Assembly (NCBI GenBank): GCA_003614675.1
Contig: ML002420.1
Coordinates: forward strand, 1-32,567
Direction: 5' to 3'
Length of the DNA stretch: 32,567 nucleotides
Source of the DNA: Dimargaris cristalligena
Lineage: Eukaryota
The translations under genes and the position numbers were made by a program. How positions within the stretch are numbered: position 1 is the first letter of the stretch; each line of letters begins with the position of its first letter. Under the pieces are notes generated by a model. The model saw only the letters and a list, made by a program, of their open reading frames with translations, had not been told where the DNA came from and did not search any database. Positions 23,801-32,567 of the stretch are shown here, piece by piece.

Positions 23801-25485
23801 TTGGTCGGCCAATAATCGACCTCCAACGGAATAGAGAGGCCAGTCATACCGTAGTGGTTGCAACTCAAGTACCTCCGTTATCGACGGATCTTGGGATTCG
23901 TTTAGTTTTGTTTTCGAAGTGGAAAGGGATATGCTTTAACTAAAGTAAGACTCAGTACGAAACGCCAACCATATGGTTGTGATTGGGTAGACAAATCTCG
24001 ACATCACCGTCACAGCCCACCTTCGGTAGAAGTTAGACAGGACAGCCACCCGTAAACGGGTTTCGGAAGAATTGCAGGTATTCCGCTCATCATCGCCTTA
24101 TTTAGTTGGAGGATGAATCATTGAAGGGCCGGGAGGTCAACGGGTCTTTATACTCAAACGCCTTGGTCACTTGGACTTATGGGAGACTCTCTTCTACCTT
24201 GCGTTCATTCTCAGTCTAAGAAATAGCCGAAGACGGCTTTTTCCCACATTCCGTCGTGGTCGATTTTTTCTATTATATACAAAAAAAAACCTGGCCAGTT
24301 GATTAAGGATGTGGGAGAAGTTCATCCAAGCTGTATAACGAAAAATCCATTAGATTCGGCTAATATTACTAGTTAAAAATACATTTCCCACATATTTTCC
24401 CATACACGTATAATGTAAACCTTTATATGGCTGGGCCGAATTTCACCCATGTTGTTTCGAGCGTGTCGCATTCCTGAACCCACTTTTTTTGTTTAGCGTC
24501 ACTTTCGTTTGTTATCTATTCAACTTATTCGGTTTAATTTTTTTGCTTAGGGCTGGGCTAGTAGTACCCACTGACGACAACGAATCGCGGACTTCCGACG
24601 GTCGTCCGCGCTCCACAATGTCCTATTAGTTTTTACCGGACTAGCCAAGGTCGTTTTTGGAACCCGTCCATTGAGATCCATTGTTGGTCTTGGGAGGTCG
24701 TATTTCTGCTTCGTCGAGCCAGCCTTTGCCTTGGTATTGGCTGGTTCAGACTCTCTACTTATCCTGTACCATGGTGAATCAGCTAATCATTTTTATACCC
24801 ATTTTATCAAATTTATATATCCCACACATAAAAACCACTTGAAGAGAACTATACAATCGATAATTTTTAGCCATTTTATCCTATATTAGTTGGCATGTCC
24901 ACTTACTTGATATAGTCAACTATAATTAACGAGTATTTACGGGCTGTCGAATATTTTCATCCCGGCTCAAGTAAATAAGTATTTAAAGATCATTGTGTTG
25001 AATCTTATAATGGTGTTGTAAAGATACAGTAAACTACCTCGTCGCTTATGGTTTATCGCATGGGTCTAGATTTTCCTAGTTTGCCCGCATTTATATCTCT
25101 ATACATAACCACTAGGGTGCAAATTGTTAGGCCATAGTACCAATAGATAATATTTATTAGTAAATATTATTCAATGATTAGATTAGACAGGGCTTGGCCA
25201 GCACGGTATGTCGCATAGTTCTTTGCCCTCGAAATACTATTCAAGTCGCTGGCTGCCAATTAATGACCACCGTCCAACAAGGTGGATTTCCCCTACCTGT
25301 TGCGCACATGGCCGACTGTGAATTCGTCTATGGGAATGTCCTTGCCTTTTCAATACCTTTTCCCTTAGCCCTCGGGCTCCTATATTCTTGAAAACTCTTC
25401 TATTTCGTTTTTATTTATTTTTTACCTTCACCAGTTGTATATAGCTCCGCCACTTTATAGACCCTTCATTCCCGCCTCGTTAATC

Positions 25486-26193
25486 ATGCCTGCCGCTGAA
25501 GATGCAACGAAGCGTAAGGTGCGCCAGAACCTCAAACACATGCTAGCCAACCACTCCAAATGGCAAACCCTCTGCCAAACCGGCCTCACGTTTGCCACCG
25601 CGGCCGTCAATGCCCGAATTGAATCCACCTATCCCCGCATTCCCACCCAATGGCCCCCTAGCCTAGAGGTGTTTCCTGATTTGGCCGCGCAGTACGAGGC
25701 CCAGACGACTGAAGTGGCGTACGCCCAACTCCAGGCCCTCGATCATATCATGGCACGTCTCGAAGGAGTAGTCACCGATTTAAAAGCTAACCTGGCTTCC
25801 ATCGAGTCGGCCGCCCATTCTTTACCACCACCGCCGTCCAGTAGTGGTAGTAATGGCCTTCCCGAAACGCCGAAGCCCATCGCCTCATCTCAGACAACCC
25901 CGGGCGAATATCTCAGCACTCACGCGGCCGTCCCTTTGCTAGCCTATTTTCGGATCATGCCCCTGGAACAATGGATCCCGCATGTCCGCCACTATGTATC
26001 TTTGCATTCGACAGATTTACAAACCCGGAAAGAAATACTCAAAAGTATTAGTCAAGTGGCTACCCGGTCAACCGGAACAACTTTATTGTCGGCTTGGTTA
26101 AATGGCATTGATCTTGACCCCATTATTTTAACTGATTTTCGGGAACTTGTCGAATTTGAATTACAACTGCCATCGAACGGTCGTGTTCCCTGA
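25486..26193 (+). CDS. CINP / C1orf109(AIRIM)-family helical protein (putative SPATA5/AFG2 AAA+ cofactor), 235 aa
   Basis: The first ATG is at 25486. N-terminus 'KRKVRQNLKHMLANHSKWQTLCQTGLTFATAAVN' resembles CINP (RK...N......kW..L...G...A....N). The middle 'PSLEVFPDLAAQY' resembles the C1orf109 'PAL..FPDL' motif. C-terminal 'F..MPLEQW...DLQTRKEILKSI...TLLSAWLN' resembles the CINP 'LF.tW...el..K......yLS.WL' block. Comparison is from memory of the human proteins. Confidence 0.7.
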   Translation: MPAAEDATKRKVRQNLKHMLANHSKWQTLCQTGLTFATAAVNARIESTYPRIPTQWPPSLEVFPDLAAQYEAQTTEVAYAQLQALDHIMARLEGVVTDLKANLASIESAAHSLPPPPSSSGSNGLPETPKPIASSQTTPGEYLSTHAAVPLLAYFRIMPLEQWIPHVRHYVSLHSTDLQTRKEILKSISQVATRSTGTTLLSAWLNGIDLDPIILTDFRELVEFELQLPSNGRVP

Positions 26194-27324
26194 TCACCTA
26201 AACTGACTATTTACTACCAAATTAATAAGAAACCTATATTTGTGCAATAACCTCCCCAGACAGCTCCATACTAGCATTCTACCTGTCGGTATGGCATTTA
26301 TATGGCTTTCTTATATGTCGGAAACTATTCATGGAATGAATGAAACATAAACTTCCATTTATTAAGTTTTCAGACCATTGCCCCGCCGTAAATGAATGCC
26401 ATAACCAACCACCAGCTATCATAATAATCGAGTTGGGCTCTCATTTATATTTTCTATTCCCCCAAATCCCAACCCGGCATTTCCTTTTGTTTCTGATTGT
26501 TAATTTAAAGTATTATCAACTCTTGCTGACGAACGTGTATTATTTTATACCAAACATATGGTGGCATTGGTCCAAAAACCGGAAACCTGGGTTATTTTAA
26601 CCCCAACCAGCACACATGTTGTTACGGTGGACCATTTGAATAATATATCAGAGTCCACCCAGACAGACTTCCTATGAATACAGCATTGGGTATTGCATTA
26701 ACAGGGACATATCAATAGGGATATAAGTTGTATTCTTAATATGTTGGCATTATTGTGTAGGTTACTAATTAGGTTTAGTCATGTACGGGTTTATTGGGTA
26801 GGATGAAAGCTATAATCAAGATAAGAGTGATATCCCAAGTATAGGATGATATAATCAGAGATATGGAGTCAGCGGGGTGTGGGAAATGAATTTCTAACAC
26901 GTTTTACCAATACAGCTTTCATCTAAATCCTTCTACAATTTAATCGAATCCCTTCTATTAAAATCAGTGTTAGTCATACTCAATCCATTGGTTCCGCCCT
27001 ATTTTATCGACGCCATTTAATTTAAATACGCGAGGGTGAGTTGTATCAACCGATTCATACCTTACTTTGAAACTATATGTTCGGAGTAAAGTTGTCGTTG
27101 GAGCATAATCATGAGTTGCCGACTGGAAAATACCAACGGCAATCCCGATGACAAAATATGAGCACCATTTGGGCATTCCATAGTCAATGGGCGATATGGG
27201 ATGTGTGTGAATGGGCAGGGGCGCAAGAATACACAAAGATATAGCCGATTTCTGACCTGGTCTCCACCCGTGGATCCATGAATATTCCCTGGTGACCAAC
27301 TAATTTCTGGCGAGTAGCCTCCAT

Positions 27325-27888
27325 TTACGAGTCTAGGCCCCTACCCATGTAGTTTGGCCCCATATTGGGGCCATTTTCGCCGTCTTCGCTATCGATTTCC
27401 TCATCGCGCGAATAGTTAATAAGGCGAGGTCCGGGTGCTTTAATAGACGGGGCCAGGTGTTTGAGAACATTGAACGTTTTGAGGCCAACTGGCAAACCTT
27501 CGCCCTGGTCGGGTCTCCAGCCTGCCACTTCACCCCGCTCTTTTCGGTCTCCATATCGGTTCTCATTATAAGAAAATAATTGTTGGCGGCGTGAACGGTC
27601 ATCGTACTCAAATCCATTGTTGATTAATTCCTGAGTATAGAGGTCTTTGCCGTGCTGGTAGTCGGCTTGAAACTGACGGAGCATTCGCGGGGGCGAGAGG
27701 GAATGTAGAGTAGAGAAAATTGTGGATAGTGGGGTATTGAAAGAAGACGGGGGCGTAGGGTCTATAGTGGGAGGAGGTAGAACTGTGTTATGAGGGTAAT
27801 GCTGCGTCGGCACTTGCATAAACGCCGCCAGGATCGGCCCTACCAAACTGGCCAAAACGAATATCAACCCGGAAACGGCGATTGTCAT
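27325..27888 (-). CDS. Putative secreted protein of unknown family (187 aa to first stop), possibly truncated or pseudogenising
   Basis: ATG at 27888 with a signal-peptide-like start 'MTIAVSGLIFVLASLVGPILA-AF', a Pro/Thr-rich linker, then a polar domain. Pyrimidine-rich 5' leader and a TATA-like element near 28050 on the minus strand. Protein-like reading continues past TAA 27325-27327. Confidence 0.55.
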   Translation of the reverse strand: MTIAVSGLIFVLASLVGPILAAFMQVPTQHYPHNTVLPPPTIDPTPPSSFNTPLSTIFSTLHSLSPPRMLRQFQADYQHGKDLYTQELINNGFEYDDRSRRQQLFSYNENRYGDRKERGEVAGWRPDQGEGLPVGLKTFNVLKHLAPSIKAPGPRLINYSRDEEIDSEDGENGPNMGPNYMGRGLDS

Positions 27889-30800
27889 TGTGGAATCTTA
27901 AGTGAGTTAGAGAAGAAAAGGACAGCAGAGAAATAGGCGTACGGTTAAAGTCCACCACAGAAAAATTATGCAGTGTCAACGAGTAAAAGCAGTGGACACC
28001 TGGCCTAGTCAAAGAACGGTCGGTTAAGAGTGGCGTGGTAGTAGGGGTTATATAGTAAAAATAACAGATGTGCGGGAGTCACTGAGTGAGGACGAAAAAC
28101 ATAGTTAAAGGGGGGATGCGATTGGAAAGTGATAAATGGGTAAAGTGAGAGGAAGGTGTACTAGTAGATGTTTGATAGTATTCGTCTCTAGTTTCCCCTA
28201 TGTAATGGAGTTCCTATATGCAATATGGTGAACCCGGACTGGACTGGGCCGTGGGCCTGGCTCGGGGATGGGGCAGCATCCTCTAGGGACATTGCAGTTA
28301 GCGGAAGGTATTGCAACCCTCAGAGGGGGCGGACAACCCTGAGTCAGGATGACCCCTCATCTCAACCAATGAGAACGCTCCATCTAACCCCCTCACTATA
28401 GCGGCCCCCTCCGAACAAGCAGCGAACGGCAGTCACTCTACCCAGATACCAGAGATATAGATATAAAAGAAGTAGCGACTCGCATACTCAAAAGATCTTC
28501 ATGTTTCAATAAAATACTTATTTTAAACTTATATATCTTTTCCATAAATAACCCTCCTCGGTATTTACTAGTTCACTTAGTCCCCACTCGGATTTCCGTC
28601 ATAGTATCTCGCCAGCCCGTTTATGGCATACCCCCCTCAAATTTGATTCGCTTGGCTCCTTCCTGTTTTGGTGTTGACCATGCAGGGTATCCCTAATAGG
28701 CACTCTACCGCCTCATTGCCCTTACTTCGCCGTGTGTATCCCCCACTATAACTTGCCGACGGTGGAAGGTTCCATTGAGATATCAGAGAGGGCAGCAGAG
28801 TTACTCAGAGTAATCGAGGCGCATTCTCCTTTACCTACGGTTCCCAATTAGGCAGACTGAGGAACCGAGGCGTATTCTTTTTTGGCAGGGCTATTGCGGT
28901 CCCTCGCCCTGAACCCACACTTGCCTCCCTCCTAGAAACCGGCCTCGCCTCGAGTTACCGAGTCCATTTTTAAACCTCGCCCGTTTACGGGGCCAAAACA
29001 GTATCCAGAGTAGAGGTACGACTGTTAGCCCTATTTTCAAATAATCGGGGTGTTGACTGCATTGGGGCCGACTTGGCCAATTTTATAAAAAATGTATTAT
29101 TAAAGCCCCCCCCCCCAAAAACAGCCGCTTCGGAGATATCTACAAGTCCTAACCCCAATGCCCATTCTGACGTTTCATAGTAGATGACATGGTCCCTGGA
29201 GCTTTGAGTTTTTCTCTTTACTCTGCTGGTCACGTATCCAAAGTGGAGGTACTGTTTCTGACTTGAAACTTACCAACCCACTGTGGCCAACGGTGCCTTG
29301 GCTGAACTGTTTCGATGTAGGCAAACCGCCAACTGCTCAGACAGCAACTAGATTGGATAACATGGTTGTAATAGATTTTAATGGAGTGCTGATCTATATA
29401 CCCTAGTGATGCCAACTAAGCCGGCGTCTTTTACTCAGCATGTCAATATTCACCAAGTGAAAAAGGGGCTGCCAAACCAGAAACTTCAATATATATGTTA
29501 TTTTGTGTGGGATAAATAGGAGATCTATAGCTGAATAGGCCAGCCGCTGATATTGCTCGAAATTGCTAGATTGCAGGAATATCAATGGGGGTGAATTATG
29601 CCCATTTGGTGGAGGCATGTCTTCGGCTTTACAGTCATGCATGCTAAGCCACGTAGTGTAGCAGCGTAACCTCTCTGATTTAACGCTCATCTTTGTAATG
29701 GGACGGGCTATCTTTTGAGATTATGGTAAGTCGGTGTATATTATTCTCTGTAACATTATGTGGTGTTTCTTAGTTGTCCCACAGTCAAATATCTACTGTC
29801 CAGGAGCTTAAACATCCCCCGGTTGTCTTAAGCAGGCCCTAGCAGTGCACCACTTTCTTGGGACAATTGGGATTGGTTGTCATCTGGCCCAGTAACCATA
29901 TTTTGGTCTTTCATTTTGTCGGGAATTTATGTGGGGGCGTAATCCTAGGTGATGTTGGGGGATATCTAGACACCCTGATGTGATCGAGCAACATTCCGCA
30001 ACTATTCCCAGCCCGCAAATTGGGACCACCAAACACAATGTACAGGCCGAAAATAGCACCAAATTGGGGTCATTACCGATTTTATACACTTTTAACTTAT
30101 GCCTACCCTTTCGAGTTCGATTAGAACCCCATTACTCCATTTTTATTCTCCAAACATGCTACAGTCATTCAGACATCAGTTGTTTTGTTAAAACCTCTCA
30201 CTCCTATATGATTCACTCCTACTCTTACAGTTGAATCATAAAATCAAATCTTCTTGTTCCTCAGCCTACTGAATGAGGCTCCATCCAGATTTCATATGAA
30301 CACCTGGGCATCACTCAGATAAAAAAAAATAGCCATAGCTCATGATATTGATAAAGTGATTTCATTTTAACCTGAAAGGCCTCAGCTGACATTAACCTCA
30401 CCAGGGCTCAAAGAACTATACAGGAAGTGGTATACTCAAGTCTTCCAATATATTCTGTTATATGAGAGTGTCCTTCAACCAAACGGGTTATGACAATTAG
30501 CCAGGCCCTCTATTATAAACTTAAGCCATTCATTAACCACCCCACTGCAGCAGGTCTAGCAAGGCAACTGGCTTTGGTGGAATCAAATAAGCCACCAGAG
30601 TCATTCCAAAATGACTGAGAGTCTCAGATAAAATGTCCAGAATATATTACAGTTGCTTATTCAGTAGACAGCCCGCCACCCATGGCCAGCCTCATCAAAA
30701 TGATTAAACCAGCACTGACCACTTGTGAAGTACTGGATTACTATCAAACCTATGTGTAGTGCTGATTAAGGCCACGGAAATGTGACTGTGCTTGGCAGTA

Positions 30801-31102
30801 ATGGTTTAGTCTTTGATTATGTAGGGAAAAGGGCCTTTGAATACCCACATGGGCCTCATCAACAGCAGATGGCACACATTCGTTGTCTTTGAAAGAGGTG
30901 ATTTGCCATTTGTATAAAAACAGCCCTCATCTCTCCTAATAGATTCTTCAGTACAACTTAAAATATTTCATCATTCTACCATTGCATTAGCCCACCTCAT
31001 TCCTTTTAAATACATTTCAATTCCCAATCTTATTACTTTTACTACAACTTCTCACTTCCATTTCCACTTTCACTCTCTACCCACACCCACACCCACACCC
31101 CC

Positions 31103-31438
31103 ATCACCACCACTGCCTTGGCCTGCCTCCACTCAAACAAAATCACCCTCTGTGTCACCTCCTGTAACCAATGGATTGGCTTCAGCTTCTACTACAGAAT
31201 GTTACATGGCAAGGCCCATAACTGCATCAAGAAAATCTACTGTGGTGTGACTAATGAGAACCACAAGTGGGCTAAGATGCTCCACAAGGAGGACCACATG
31301 TAGGACATTAGCAAGTATTTTAAGGAGTCTGATGCCATAATCCTGGGGCCCATTTACCAGCACCTCTCCCAGTTTGGTGAACAGCACATCCCCAAACTAT
31401 GGAAGTACTTCCTGGAGTACACTGTCACAGAGTAGTAG
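31103..31438 (+). pseudogene. Degenerate NAD(P)-binding Rossmann (NmrA-like) gene fragment
   Basis: 'NKITLCVTSCNQWIGFSFYYRMLHGKAHNCIKKIYCGVTNENHKWAKMLHKE...*DISKYFKESDAIILGP' follows the Rossmann/NmrA order beta1(ilVT....iG)-helix-beta2(.I..gv.n)...(f...D.iil.P). Strong bias to C-ending codons. In-frame TAG at 31301-31303 and TAG TAG at 31433-31438. No ATG in the expected position. TATAAAAA at about 30913 and a CT-rich leader upstream. Confidence 0.5.
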
Positions 31439-32224
31439 TGTCAAGCCATAAATAGAATAACAAAATTATATCAAAAGGGCAGGGTGGCTTCTCCAGGCAA
31501 ACTGGTTTATCACCCAAATGAAAAATGTATTAATAAAACCAACTGTATAAAGTTTTTAACTAAAGTAATCTGATATAAAAAATACTTATTTGAAAGCTCA
31601 AAAGTTTGGTCCTTGGCAACCACAACTTAAAGTATATAAACCAAATATCCACAGTAGTTATAGAGGCAGTTTTATTATAAAAGAAAGATGAAAGAAAATT
31701 GATACCCAAAATTTGATACAAAGAAATTGACATACAGAAAAAAAGAGGGGGAAAGGGTATCCCTTATATGCAAAAATATGCATACTAATGTATGTACTGA
31801 TCACCTGCATGTATCACCTGATTGGCTGTATTGATAGTGCATATTTAAGCCAAAAGAATGCCAAGACTTTTGGCTCTATGGCCAAGAGTACCAAGCCATT
31901 CTCTGTATAAGGCAGAGAATCATTAAAATTAATAAAATGAAAGTAAGCATGCATAACCAATAAAAAGAAGAGAGAGAATAAAATCAAATAACCACTAGTA
32001 ATCAAGCATGAATATGTATATCTAATCATAGGGATAGCATGCATCAAATAATAGAAATATAAATAAAATTAAAGGAAAATTTTGTATGGAAGGTATGGGT
32101 TAAAAGGGAAGAGAAAAAAACTGGATATACCAGACAAAAAAGCTGCTTCATACCTTATATATAAATATAATAATTAAATATTAATAGTCTGTACCTGTGG
32201 CAATTAAAGGGACACTCCACCTTG

Positions 32225-32527
32225 CCGCAACACCCCCAGGACCCCCTCCAAGGGCTCCTATGCCCAGATCACCCAATAAGGACACCAAGCTAACCCTAGC
32301 AAGCCCATTCCTGCCCCCCAGCCAAGTCCCAGTGCCACTACATGACTGCCATAAGGATGTTTATTCCAGACTCTGCCCCCCAGGGCTTTGAATATGTGGT
32401 CATCCCCCAAAACTGCCGCCTAACCCATGCCAAAGTATGCAAGAGCCTTTATACCCTTGGGGTAGATGCATCCAGATTACTGGAAGTCACCTCCCCATCC
32501 ACCAGCCATGTGGCTGTAAAGAACTGA
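32225..32527 (+). mobile_element. Relic of a non-LTR retrotransposon ORF1/gag-like protein (type common in Mucorales/early-diverging fungal genomes)
   Basis: Frame 3 has 'PSKGSYAQITQ*' (the SYA motif typical of LINE ORF1 linkers, at 32256). After a frameshift comes 'IRMFIPDSAPQGFEYVVIPQNCRLTHAKVCKSLYTLGVDASRLLEVTSPSTSHVAV', matching the recalled pattern R.F.p.s..qGF.yvylP...Rl....vR..L..LGid.sRildi..P...vval. It lies in the CpG-depleted block and is truncated. Confidence 0.55.
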
Positions 32528-32567
32528 AATCAAATCCTTGAAAACTGAACTTTATTTGAAAAGATAG

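Larger units (their letters stand above)
30121..32567. other. CpG-depleted, TpG/CpA-rich block (likely methylated repeat or heterochromatin-derived DNA)
   Basis: By manual count there are only about 6 CG dinucleotides in about 2.45 kb (near 30484, 30674, 30775, 30881, 32226, 32417). CG is abundant in the rest of the window, including non-coding 28500-29100. Confidence 0.85.

Noticed and set aside
20070-24889. Scattered 60-110 aa ORFs; also scanned for minor snRNA signatures (e.g. AAGGTTAGC near 21324)
   Set aside because: No family motifs or consistent splice chain. The U6atac-like 9-mer lacks the flanking GGAGAG box and downstream stem.
31079-31101. (CCCACA)n resembling yeast TG1-3 telomeric repeat
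   Set aside because: Only about 3.5 units, internal, and within a CT/CA-rich leader; similar CA tracts occur elsewhere in the window.
31694-31737. Three degenerate AAATTGATAC-like units
   Set aside because: Short low-complexity tandem repeat without unique spacers; not CRISPR-like.

Overview
Eukaryotic, intron-containing DNA, most likely from an early-diverging fungus. That is an inference from fungal CTRAC branch points, a fungal-specific transcription-factor domain, a LINE ORF1-like relic of the Mucorales type and a retained minor-spliceosome intron. Left to right: (1) the disrupted 3' part of a fungal-specific transcription-factor (Fungal_trans/MHR) gene; (2) a 2-exon ALG10/DIE2 glucosyltransferase; (3) a stand-alone STAR1/YbbL(FetA)-like ABC ATPase whose N-terminus is out of frame with its catalytic core; (4) a 685-aa Myb/SANT-like (trihelix-type) protein with a low-complexity middle and a coiled-coil tail; (5) a 4-exon NR2C2AP/TRA16 gene that the ORF track does not assemble, whose last intron is a 2,267-nt U12-type AT-AC intron (15421-17687), the main find; (6) a CINP/C1orf109-like gene with features of both paralogues; (7) a secreted-protein gene, possibly decaying; (8) a right-hand block almost devoid of CpG, holding a Rossmann/NmrA-like pseudogene fragment and a non-LTR retroelement ORF1 relic with CpG-deamination-type mutations. 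I could not support any rRNA, tRNA, snRNA or CRISPR feature. Family assignments come from motif recognition by eye, not from database searches.
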